In this document: piece by piece, positions 1 through 12,778 of the stretch
Layout: each line of letters starts with the position of its first letter
Numbering within the stretch: position 1 is the first letter of the stretch
Origin: Eledone cirrhosa
Lineage: Eukaryota
NCBI GenBank assembly: GCA_964016885.1
Contig: OZ024741.1
Location: 256,928,001 to 256,992,000 of the forward strand
Reading direction: 5' to 3'
DNA length: 64,000 bases
Position numbers and translations under genes: made by a program
The notes under the pieces: generated by a model
Told to the model about the DNA's origin: nothing
Seen by the model: only the letters and a program-made list of their open reading frames with translations
Databases searched by the model: none

Positions 1-3000
1 TACGAGTGTTTCGGCTTACGAGTGGTTTGACTTACGAGTGTTCTGACTACGAGTGTTTTGACTTACGAGTGTTTCGGCTTATGAGTGTTTCGACTTACGA
101 GTGTTTCGGCTTATGAGTGTTTCGACTTACGTGTGTTTCGGTTTACGAGTGTTTCGACTTACGAGTGTTTCGACTTACGGGTGTTTCGACTTACGAGTGT
201 TTCGACTACGAGTGTTTCGACTTACGAGTGTTTCGGCTTACGAGTGTTTCGACATACGGGTGTTTCGACTTACGATGTTTCGGCTTACGAGTGTTTCGAC
301 TTACGAGTATTCTGACTTACGGGTGTTTCGACTTATGGGTGTTTCGACTTAAGAGTGTTTCGACTTGCGAGCGCTTCGACTTACGAGTGTTCTGACTTAC
401 GAGTGTTCCGACTTACGAGTGTTTCGGCTTACGAGTGTTTCGACTTACGAGTGTTCCGGCTTACGCGTGTTTCGACTTACGAGTGTTTCGGCTTACGAGT
501 GTTTCGGCTTACGAGTGTTTCGACTTACGGGTGTTTCGACTTACGGGTGTTCCGACTTAAGAGTGATTCGACTTACGGGCGCTTCGACTTACGAGTGTTC
601 CGACTTACGAGTGTTTCTGCTTACGAGTGTTTCGACTTACGAATGTTTCGACTTACGAGTGTTTCGGCTTACGAGTGTTTCGACTTACTAATGTTTTTAC
701 TTACGAGTGTTTCGGCGTACGAGTGTTTCGACTTACGAGTGTTTCGGCTTACGAGTGTTTCGACTTACGAGTGTTTTTACTTAAGGGTGTTTCGACTTAC
801 GAGTATTTTTGGCTTACGAGTGTTTCGACTTACGAGTGTTTTGACTTACGAGTGTTCTGATTTACGAATGTTTCGACATACGAGTGTTTTGACTTACGAT
901 GTTTCGACTTACGAGTGTTTCGACTTACGAGTGTTCTGACTTACGAGTGTTCTGACTTACGAGTGTTCCGGCTTACGAGTTTTTCGACTTACGAGTGTTT
1001 CGACTTACGAGTGTTTCGACTTACGAGTGTTTCGGCTTACGAGTGGTTTGACTTACGAGTGTTCTGACTACGAGTGTTCTGACTTACGAGTGTTTCGGCT
1101 TATGAGTGTTTCGACTTACGAGTGTTTCGGTTTATGAGTGTTTCGACTTACGAGTGTTTCGGCTTACGAGTGTTTCGACTTACGAATGTTTCGACTTACG
1201 AGTGTTTCGACTTACGAGTGTTTCGTCTACGAGTGTTTCGACTTACGAGTGTTTCGGCTTACGAGTGTTTCGACATACGGGTGTTTCGACTTACGGTGTT
1301 TCGGCTTTCGAGTGTTTCGACTTACGAGTGTTTTGACTTACGAGTGTTCTGACTTACGAGTGTTCCGACTTACGAGTGTTCCGACTTACGAGTGTTTCGG
1401 ATTACGAGTGTTTCGGCTTACGAGTGTTTCGGCTTACGAGTGTTTTGACTTACGAGTGTTCTGACTACGAGTGTTCTGACTTACGGGTGTTCTGACTTAC
1501 GGTGTTCCGACTTACGAGTGTTTCGGCTAATGAGTGTTTCGACTTACGGGCGTTTCGACTTACGGGTGTTTCGAATTACGAGTGTTTTGACTTACGAGTG
1601 TTCTGACTTACGAGTGTTTTGACTTACGAGTGTTCCGACTTACGAGTGTTTCGGCTTACGGGTGTTTCGACGTACGAGTATTTTTGGCTTACGAGTGTTT
1701 CGAGTTACGAGTGTTTTGAATTACGATTGTTTCGGCTTACGAGTGTTTCGACTTACGAGTATTTCGACTTACGAGTTTTTTTACTTACGGTGTTTCGGCT
1801 TACGAGTGTTTCGACTTACGAGTGTTTCGACTTACGGGTGTTTTGACATACGAGTGTTTCGATATGAGTGCTCTGACTTACGAGTGTTCTGACTTATGAG
1901 TGTTCTGACTTACGAGTGTTCTGACTTACGGGTGTTCTGACTTACGTGTGTTCCGACTTACGTGTTTCAGCTATGGGTGTTTCGACTTACGAGTGTTTCG
2001 ACTTACGAATGTTTTGGCTTACGAGTGTTTCGGCTTACGAATGTTTCGACTTACGAATGTTTTGGCTTACGAGTGTTTCGGCTTATGGGTGTTTCGACTT
2101 ACGAGTGTTTCGACTTGCGAGTGTTTTGACTTACGGTGTTTCGGCTTACAAGTTATTCGACATACGAGTGTTTCGACTTACGAGTGTTTCGACTTACGGG
2201 TGTTTCGACTTACGAGTGTTTCGACTTACGAGTGTTCTGACTTACGAGTGTTCTGACTTACGAGTGTTCTGACTTACGAGTGTTCCGACTTACGAGTGTT
2301 CCGACTTACGAGTGTTTTGACTTACGAGTGTTCTGACTTACGAGTGTTCTTACTTACGAGTGTTCCGACTTACGAGTGTTCCGACTTACGAGTGTTTCGG
2401 CTTACGAGTGTTTCGGCTTACTAATGTTTTTACTTACGAGTGTTTCGGTGTACGAGTGTTTCGACTTAAGGATGTTTCGACTTACGAGTGTTTCGACTTA
2501 CGAGTGTTTCGACTTACGAGTGTTTTGGCTTACGAATGTTTTTACTTACGGGTGTTTCGACTTACGGGTGTTTCGGCTTACGAGTGTTTCGACTTACGAG
2601 TGTTTTGACTTACGAGTGTTCTGACTTACGAGTGTTCCGACTTACGAGTGTTCCGACTTACGAGTGTTTCGGCTTACGAGTGTTTCGGCTTACGAGTGTT
2701 TCGGCTTACGAGTGTTTTGACTTACGAGTGTTCTGACTACGAGTGTTCTGACTTACGGGTGTTCTGACTTACGAGTGTTCCGACTTACGAGTGTTTCGGC
2801 TAATGAGTGTTTCGACTTACGGGCGTTTCGACTTACGGGTGTTTCGACTTACGAGTGTTTTGACTTATGAGTGTTCAGACTTACGAGTGTTCTGACTTAC
2901 GAGTGTTCCGACTTACGACTGTTTCGACTTACGAGTGTTTTGACTTATGAGTGTTCCGACTTACGATTGTTTCGGCTTACGGGTGTTTCGACGTACGAGT

Positions 3001-6000
3001 ATTTTTGGCTTACGAGTGTTTCGACTTACGAGTGTTTTGAATTACGATTGTTTCGGCTTACGAGTGTTTCGACTTACGAGTATTTCGACGTACGAGTTTT
3101 TTTTCCTTACGCTGTTTCGGCTTACGAGTGTTTCGACTTATGAGTGTTTCGACTTACGAGTGTTCTGACTTACGAGTGTTCTGACTTGCGAGTGTTCCGA
3201 CTTACGAGTGTTTCGGCTTACGAGTGTTTCGACATACGAGTGTTTTGACTTACGGATGTTTCGACTTACGGGTGTTTCGACTTACGAGTGTTTCGACTTA
3301 CGAGTGTTCTGACTACGAGTGTTCTGACTTACGGGTGTTTCGACTTACGAGTGTTCCGACCTACGAGGGTTTCAGCTTACGGGTGTTCCGGCTTATGAGT
3401 ATTTTCGGCTTACGTGTGTTTCGACTTATGAGTGTTTCGACTTACGAGTGTTTCGGCTTACGAGTGGTTTGACTTACGAGTGTTCTGACTACGAGTGTTT
3501 TGACTTACGAGTGTTTCGGCTTATGAGTGTTTCGACTTACGAGTGTTTCGGCTTATGAGTGTTTCGACTTACGTGTGTTTCGGTTTACGAGTGTTTCGAC
3601 TTACGAGTGTTTCGACTTACGGGTGTTTCGACTTACGAGTGTTTCGACTACGAGTGTTTCGACTTACGAGTGTTTCGGCTTACGAGTGTTTCGACATACG
3701 GGTGTTTCGACTTACGATGTTTCGGCTTACGAGTGTTTCGACTTACGAGTATTCTGACTTACGGGTGTTTCGACTTATGGGTGTTTCGACTTAAGAGTGT
3801 TTCGACTTGCGAGCGCTTCGACTTACGAGTGTTCTGACTTACGAGTGTTCCGACTGACGAGTGTTTCGGCTTACGAGTGTTTCGACTTACGAGTGTTCCG
3901 GCTTACGCGTGTTTCGACTTACGAGTGTTTCGGCTTACGAGTGTTTCGGCTTACGAGTGTTTCGACTTACGGGTGTTTCGACTTACGGGTGTTCCGACTT
4001 AAGAGTGATTCGACTTACGGGCGCTTCGACTTACGAGTGTTCCGACTTACGAGTGTTTCTGCTTACGAGTGTTTCGACTTACGAATGTTTCGACTTACGA
4101 GTGTTTCGGCTTACGAGTGTTTCGACTTACTAATGTTTTTACTTACGAGTGTTTCGGCGTACGAGTGTTTCGACTTACGAGTGTTTCGGCTTACGAGTGT
4201 TTCGACTTACGAGTGTTTTTACTTAAGGGTGTTTCGACTTACGAGTATTTTTGGCTTACGAGTGTTTCGACTTACGAGTGTTTTGACTTACGAGTGTTCT
4301 GATTTACGAATGTTTCGACATACGAGTGTTTTGACTTACGATGTTTCGACTTACGAGTGTTTCGACTTACGAGTGTTCTGACTTACGAGTGTTCTGACTT
4401 ACGAGTGTTCCGGCTTACGAGTTTTTCGACTTACGAGTGTTTCGACTTACGAGTGTTTCGACTTACGAGTGTTTCGGCTTACGAGTGGTTTGACTTACGA
4501 GTGTTCTGACTACGAGTGTTCTGACTTACGAGTGTTTCGGCTTATGAGTGTTTCGACTTACGAGTGTTTCGGTTTATGAGTGTTTCGACTTACGAGTGTT
4601 TCGGCTTACGAGTGTTTCGACTTACGAATATTTCGACTTACGGGTGTTTCGACTTACGAGTGTTTCGTCTACGAGTGTTTCGACTTACGAGTGTTTCGGC
4701 TTACGAGTGTTTCGACATACGGGTGTTTCGACTTACGGTGTTTCGGCTTTCGAGTGTTTCGACTTACGAGTGTTTTGACTTACGAGTGTTCTGACTTACG
4801 AGTGTTCCGACTTACGAGTGTTCCGACTTACGAGTGTTTCGGCTTACGAGTGTTTCGGCTTACGAGTGTTTCGGCTTACGAGTGTTTTGACTTACGAGTG
4901 TTCTGACTACGAGTGTTCTGACTTACGGGTGTTCTGACTTACGGTGTTCCGACTTACGAGTGTTTCGGCTAATGAGTGTTTCGACTTACGGGCGTTTCGA
5001 CTTACGGGTGTTTCGAATTACGAGTGTTTTGACTTACGAGTGTTCTGACTTACGAGTGTTTTGACTTACGAGTGTTCCGACTTACGAGTGTTTCGGCTTA
5101 CGGGTGTTTCGACGTACGAGTATTTTTGACTTACGAGTGTTTCGAGTTACGAGTGTTTTGAATTACGATTGTTTCGGCTTACGAGTGTTTCGACTTACGA
5201 GTATTTCGACTTACGAGTTTTTTTACTTACGGTGTTTCGGCTTACGAGTGTTTCGACTTACGAGTGTTTCGACTTACGGGTGTTTTGACATACGAGTGTT
5301 TCGATATGAGTGCTCTGACTTACGAGTGTTCTGACTTATGAGTGTTCTGACTTACGAGTGTTCTGACTTACGGGTGTTCTGACTTACGTGTGTTCCGACT
5401 TACGTGTTTCAGCTATGGGTGTTTCGACTTACGAGTGTTTCGACTTACGAATGTTTTGGCTTACGAGTGTTTCGGCTTACGAATGTTTCGACTTACGAAT
5501 GTTTTGGCTTACGAGTGTTTCGGCTTATGGGTGTTTCGACTTACGAGTGTTTCGACTTGCGAGTGTTTTGACTTACGGTGTTTCGGCTTACAAGTTATTC
5601 GACATACGAGTGTTTCGACTTACGAGTGTTTCGACTTACGGGTGTTTCGACTTACGAGTGTTTCGACTTACGAGTGTTCTGACTTACGAGTGTTCTGACT
5701 TACGAGTGTTCTGACTTACGAGTGTTCCGACTTACGAGTGTTCCGACTTACGAGTGTTTTGACTTACGAGTGTTCTGACTTACGAGTGTTCTTACTTACG
5801 AGTGTTCCGACTTACGAGTGTTCCGACTTACGAGTGTTTCGGCTTACGAGTGTTTCGGCTTACTAATGTTTTTACTTACGAGTGTTTCGGTGTACGAGTG
5901 TTTCGACTTAAGGATGTTTCGACTTACGAGTGTTTCGACTTACGAGTGTTTCGACTTACGAGTGTTTTGGCTTACGAATGTTTTTACTTACGGGTGTTTC

Positions 6001-6900
6001 GACTTACGGGTGTTTCGGCTTACGAGTGTTTCGACTTACGAGTGTTTTGACTTACGAGTGTTCTGACTTACGAGTGTTCCGACTTACGAGTGTTCCGACT
6101 TACGAGTGTTTCGGCTTACGAGTGTTTCGGCTTACGAGTGTTTCGGCTTACGAGTGTTTTGACTTACGAGTGTTCTGACTACGAGTGTTCTGACTTACGG
6201 GTGTTCTGACTTACGAGTGTTCTGACTACGAGTGTTCTGACTTACGGGTGTTCTGACTTACGAGTGTTTCGGCTAATGAGTGTTTCGACTTACGGGCGTT
6301 TCGACTTACGGGTGTTTCGACTTACGAGTGTTTTGACTTATGAGTGTTCAGACTTACGAGTGTTCTGACTTACGAGTGTTCCGACTTACGACTGTTTCGA
6401 CTTACGAGTGTTTTGACTTACGAGTGTTCCGACTTACGATTGTTTCGGCTTACGGGTGTTTCGACGTACGAGTATTTTTGGCTTACGAGTGTTTCGACTT
6501 ACGAGTGTTTTGAATTACGATTGTTTCGGCTTACGAGTGTTTCGACTTACGAGTATTTCGACGTACGAGTTTTTTTTCCTTACGCTGTTTCGGCTTACGA
6601 GTGTTTCGACTTATGAGTGTTTCGACTTACGAGTGTTCTGACTTACGAGTGTTCTGACTTGCGAGTGTTCCGACTTACGAGTGTTTCGGCTTACGAGTGT
6701 TTCGACATACGAGTGTTTTGACTTACGGATGTTTCGACTTACGGGTGTTTCGACTTACGAGTGTTTCGACTTACGAGTGTTCTGACTACGAGTGTTCTGA
6801 CTTACGGGTGTTTCGACTTACGAGTGTTCCGACCTACGAGGGTTTCAGCTTACGGGTGTTCCGGCTTATGAGTATTTTCGGCTTACGTGTGTTTCGACTT
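1..6900. repeat. Higher-order tandem duplication, period 3442 bp (second copy has +31 bp)
   Basis: Matching ORF-track entries are offset by 3442 (85/3527, 355/3797, 1106/4548, 1946/5388, 2360/5802). The offset becomes 3473 after ~6200 (2871/6344). Confidence 0.9.
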
Positions 6901-7080
6901 ACGAGTGTTTTGACTTACGATTGTTTCGGCTTACGAGTGTTTCGACTTACGAGTGTTTCTACTTACGAGTGTTTTGACTTACGATTGTTTCGGCTTACGA
7001 GTGTTTCGACTTACGAGTGTTCTGACTTACGAGTGTTCTGACTTACGAGTGTTCTGACTTACGAGTGTTTCGACTTACGA

Positions 7081-7149
7081 AAATAACAAATAGACGCGGT
7101 TTCAAATCTGTATGCTTTTCAAGTTCATTACATTAATCTTTATTTATAC
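7081..7149. repeat. 69-bp AT-rich interruption, haplotype A (copy 1)
   Basis: aaataacaaatagacgcggtttcaaatctgtatgcttttcaagttcattacattaatctttatttatac, between TTACGA and GTTTCGCTTTACGA; 51/69 A+T. Confidence 0.97.
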
Positions 7150-10100
7150 GTTTCGCTTTACGAATGTTTCGACTTACGAGTGTTTCGACTTACGAGTGTT
7201 TCGACTTACGGGTGTTTCGACTTACGAGTGTTTCGACATACGAGTGTTCTGACTACGAGTGTTCTGACTTACGGGTGCTCTGACTTACGAGTGTTTCGAC
7301 TTACGAGTGTTTCGACTTACGAGTGTTTCGACTTACGAGTGTTTCGGCTTACGAGTGTTTCGACTTACTAATGTTTTTACTTAAGAGTGTTTCGGTGTAC
7401 GAGTGTTTCGACTTAAGGATGTTTCGACTTACGAGTGTTTCGACTTACGAGTGTTTCGACTTACGGGTGTTTTGACATACGAGTGTTTCGATATGAGTGC
7501 TCTGACTTACGAGTGTTCTGACTTATGAGTGTTCTGACTTACGAGTGTTCTGACTTACGGGTGTTCTGACTTACGTGTGTTCCGACTTACGTGTTTCAGC
7601 TATGGGTGTTTCGACTTACGAGTGTTTCGACTTACGAATGTTTTGGCTTACGAGTGTTTCGGCTTACGAATGTTTCGACTTACGAATGTTTTGGCTTACG
7701 AGTGTTTCGGCTTATGGGTGTTTCGACTTACGAGTGTTTCGACTTGCGAGTGTTTTGACTTACGGTGTTTCGGCTTACAAGTTATTCGACATACGAGTGT
7801 TTCGACTTACGAGTGTTTCGACTTACGGGTGTTTCGACTTACGAGTGTTTCGACTTACGAGTGTTCTGACTTACGAGTGTTCTGACTTACGAGTGTTCTG
7901 ACTTACGAGTGTTCCGACTTACGAGTGTTCCGACTTACGAGTGTTTTGACTTACGAGTGTTCTGACTTACGAGTGTTCTTACTTACGAGTGTTCCGACTT
8001 ACGAGTGTTCCGACTTACGAGTGTTTCGGCTTACGAGTGTTTCGGCTTACTAATGTTTTTACTTACGAGTGTTTCGGTGTACGAGTGTTTCGACTTAAGG
8101 ATGTTTCGACTTACGAGTGTTTCGACTTACGAGTGTTTCGACTTACGAGTGTTTTGGCTTACGAATGTTTTTACTTACGGGTGTTTCGAATTACGGGTGT
8201 TTCGGCTTACGAGTGTTTCGATTTACGAGTGTTTTGACTTACGAGTGTTCTGACTTACGAGTGTTCCGACTTACGAGTGTTCCGACTTACGAGTGTTTCG
8301 GCTTACGAGTGTTTCGGCTTACGAGTGTTTCGGCTTACGAGTGTTTTGACTTACGAGTGTTCTGACTACGAGTGTTCTGACTTACGGGTGTTCTGACTTA
8401 CGAGTGTTCCGACTTACGAGTGTTTCGGCTAATGAGTGTTTCGACTTACGGGCGTTTCGACTTACGGGTGTTTCGACTTACGAGTGTTTTGACTTATGAG
8501 TGTTCAGACTTACGAGTGTTCTGACTTACGAGTGTTCCGACTTACGACTGTTTCGACTTACGAGTGTTTTGACTTATGAGTGTTCCGACTTACGATTGTT
8601 TCGGCTTACGGGTGTTTCGACGTACGAGTATTTTTGGCTTACGAGTGTTTCGACTTACGAGTGTTTTGAATTACGATTGTTTCGGCTTACGAGTGTTTCG
8701 ACTTACGAGTATTTCGACGTACGAGTTTTTTTTCCTTACGCTGTTTCGGCTTACGAGTGTTTCGACTTATGAGTGTTTCGACTTACGAGTGTTCTGACTT
8801 ACGAGTGTTCTGACTTGCGAGTGTTCCGACTTACGAGTGTTTCGGCTTACGAGTGTTTCGACATACGAGTGTTTTGACTTACGGATGTTTCGACTTACGG
8901 GTGTTTCGACTTACGAGTGTTTCGACTTACGAGTGTTCTGACTACGAGTGTTCTGACTTACGGGTGTTTCGACTTACGAGTGTTCCGACCTACGAGGGTT
9001 TCAGCTTACGGGTGTTCCGGCTTATGAGTATTTTCGGCTTACGTGTGTTTCGACTTATGAGTGTTTCGACTTATGAGTGTTTCGGCTTACGAGTGGTTTG
9101 ACTTACGAGTGTTCTGACTACGAGTGTTTTGACTTACGAGTGTTTCGGCTTATGAGTGTTTCGACTTACGAGTGTTTCGGCTTATGAGTGTTTCGACTTA
9201 CGTGTGTTTCGGTTTACGAGTGTTTCGACTTACGAGTGTTTCGACTTACGGGTGTTTCGACTTACGAGTGTTTCGACTACGAGTGTTTCGACTTACGAGT
9301 GTTTCGGCTTACGAGTGTTTCGACATACGGGTGTTTCGACTTACGATGTTTCGGCTTACGAGTGTTTCGACTTACGAGTATTCTGACTTACGGGTGTTTC
9401 GACTTATGGGTGTTTCGACTTAAGAGTGTTTCGACTTGCGAGCGCTTCGACTTACGAGTGTTCTGACTTACGAGTGTTCCGACTTACGAGTGTTTCGGCT
9501 TACGAGTGTTTCGACTTACGAGTGTTCCGGCTTACGCGTGTTTCGACTTACGAGTGTTTCGGCTTACGAGTGTTTCGGCTTACGAGTGTTTCGACTTACG
9601 GGTGTTTCGACTTACGGGTGTTCCGACTTAAGAGTGATTCGACTTACGGGCGCTTCGACTTACGAGTGTTCCGACTTACGAGTGTTTCTGCTTACGAGTG
9701 TTTCGACTTACGAATGTTTCGACTTACGAGTGTTTCGGCTTACGAGTGTTTCGACTTACTAATGTTTTTACTTACGAGTGTTTCGGCGTACGAGTGTTTC
9801 GACTTACGAGTGTTTCGGCTTACGAGTGTTTCGACTTACGAGTGTTTTTACTTAAGGGTGTTTCGACTTACGAGTATTTTTGGCTTACGAGTGTTTCGAC
9901 TTACGAGTGTTTTGACTTACGAGTGTTCTGATTTACGAATGTTTCGACATACGAGTGTTTTGACTTACGATGTTTCGACTTACGAGTGTTTCGACTTACG
10001 AGTGTTCTGACTTACGAGTGTTCTGACTTACGAGTGTTCCGGCTTACGAGTTTTTCGACTTACGAGTGTTTCGACTTACGAGTGTTTCGACTTACGAGTG

Positions 10101-12709
10101 TTTCGGCTTACGAGTGGTTTGACTTACGAGTGTTCTGACTACGAGTGTTCTGACTTACGAGTGTTTCGGCTTATGAGTGTTTCGACTTACGAGTGTTTCG
10201 GTTTATGAGTGTTTCGACTTACGAGTGTTTCGGCTTACGAGTGTTTCGACTTACGAATATTTCGACTTACGGGTGTTTCGACTTACGAGTGTTTCGTCTA
10301 CGAGTGTTTCGACTTACGAGTGTTTCGGCTTACGAGTGTTTCGACATACGGGTGTTTCGACTTACGGTGTTTCGGCTTTCGAGTGTTTCGACTTACGAGT
10401 GTTTTGACTTACGAGTGTTCTGACTTACGAGTGTTCCGACTTACGAGTGTTCCGACTTACGAGTGTTTCGGCTTACGAGTGTTTCGGCTTACGAGTGTTT
10501 CGGCTTACGAGTGTTTTGACTTACGAGTGTTCTGACTACGAGTGTTCTGACTTACGGGTGTTCTGACTTACGGTGTTCCGACTTACGAGTGTTTCGGCTA
10601 ATGAGTGTTTCGACTTACGGGCGTTTCGACTTACGGGTGTTTCGAATTACGAGTGTTTTGACTTACGAGTGTTCTGACTTACGAGTGTTTTGACTTACGA
10701 GTGTTCCGACTTACGAGTGTTTCGGCTTACGGGTGTTTCGACGTACGAGTATTTTTGGCTTACGAGTGTTTCGAGTTACGAGTGTTTTGAATTACGATTG
10801 TTTCGGCTTACGAGTGTTTCGACTTACGAGTATTTCGACTTACGAGTTTTTTTACTTACGGTGTTTCGGCTTACGAGTGTTTCGACTTACGAGTGTTTCG
10901 ACTTACGGGTGTTTTGACATACGAGTGTTTCGATATGAGTGCTCTGACTTACGAGTGTTCTGACTTATGAGTGTTCTGACTTACGAGTGTTCTGACTTAC
11001 GGGTGTTCTGACTTACGTGTGTTCCGACTTACGTGTTTCAGCTATGGGTGTTTCGACTTACGAGTGTTTCGACTTACGAATGTTTTGGCTTACGAGTGTT
11101 TCGGCTTACGAATGTTTCGACTTACGAATGTTTTGGCTTACGAGTGTTTCGGCTTATGGGTGTTTCGACTTACGAGTGTTTCGACTTGCGAGTGTTTTGA
11201 CTTACGGTGTTTCGGCTTACAAGTTATTCGACATACGAGTGTTTCGACTTACGAGTGTTTCGACTTACGGGTGTTTCGACTTACGAGTGTTTCGACTTAC
11301 GAGTGTTCTGACTTACGAGTGTTCTGACTTACGAGTGTTCTGACTTACGAGTGTTCCGACTTACGAGTGTTCCGACTTACGAGTGTTTTGACTTACGAGT
11401 GTTCTGACTTACGAGTGTTCTTACTTACGAGTGTTCCGACTTACGAGTGTTCCGACTTACGAGTGTTTCGGCTTACGAGTGTTTCGGCTTACTAATGTTT
11501 TTACTTACGAGTGTTTCGGTGTACGAGTGTTTCGACTTAAGGATGTTTCGACTTACGAGTGTTTCGACTTACGAGTGTTTCGACTTACGAGTGTTTTGGC
11601 TTACGAATGTTTTTACTTACGGGTGTTTCGACTTACGGGTGTTTCGGCTTACGAGTGTTTCGACTTACGAGTGTTTTGACTTACGAGTGTTCTGACTTAC
11701 GAGTGTTCCGACTTACGAGTGTTCCGACTTACGAGTGTTTCGGCTTACGAGTGTTTCGGCTTACGAGTGTTTCGACTTACGAGTGTTTTGACTTACGAGT
11801 GTTCTGACTACGAGTGTTCTGACTTACGGGTGTTCTGACTTACGAGTGTTCTGACTACGAGTGTTCTGACTTACGGGTGTTCTGACTTACGAGTGTTTCG
11901 GCTAATGAGTGTTTCGACTTACGGGCGTTTCGACTTACGGGTGTTTCGACTTACGAGTGTTTTGACTTATGAGTGTTCAGACTTACGAGTGTTCTGACTT
12001 ACGAGTGTTCCGACTTACGACTGTTTCGACTTACGAGTGTTTTGACTTACGAGTGTTCCGACTTACGATTGTTTCGGCTTACGGGTGTTTCGACGTACGA
12101 GTATTTTTGGCTTACGAGTGTTTCGACTTACGAGTGTTTTGAATTACGATTGTTTCGGCTTACGAGTGTTTCGACTTACGAGTATTTCGACGTACGAGTT
12201 TTTTTTCCTTACGCTGTTTCGGCTTACGAGTGTTTCGACTTATGAGTGTTTCGACTTACGAGTGTTCTGACTTACGAGTGTTCTGACTTGCGAGTGTTCC
12301 GACTTACGAGTGTTTCGGCTTACGAGTGTTTCGACATACGAGTGTTTTGACTTACGGATGTTTCGACTTACGGGTGTTTCGACTTACGAGTGTTTCGACT
12401 TACGAGTGTTCTGACTACGAGTGTTCTGACTTACGGGTGTTTCGACTTACGAGTGTTCCGACCTACGAGGGTTTCAGCTTACGGGTGTTCCGGCTTATGA
12501 GTATTTTCGGCTTACGTGTGTTTCGACTTACGAGTGTTTTGACTTACGATTGTTTCGGCTTACGAGTGTTTCGACTTACGAGTGTTTCTACTTACGAGTG
12601 TTTTGACTTACGATTGTTTCGGCTTACGAGTGTTTCGACTTACGAGTGTTCTGACTTACGAGTGTTCTGACTTACGAGTGTTCTGACTTACGAGTGTTTC
12701 GACTTACGA

Positions 12710-12778
12710 AAATAACAAATAGACGCGGTTTCAAATCTGTATGCTTTTCAAGTTCATTACATTAATCTTTATTTATAC
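12710..12778. repeat. 69-bp AT-rich interruption, haplotype A (copy 2)
   Basis: Same sequence as 7081-7149. Confidence 0.97.

Noticed and set aside
3095-3110. T8 tract (gagttttttttcc) as a terminator
   Set aside because: It is a decayed monomer copied with block Z, with no upstream GC-rich hairpin or gene.
7081-7149. Cassette as an independently inserting MITE/SINE or a tRNA/snRNA gene
   Set aside because: It has no TIRs, target-site duplication, poly(A) tail, pol III A/B boxes or cloverleaf. Identical position and flanks in all copies imply co-amplification rather than repeated insertion.
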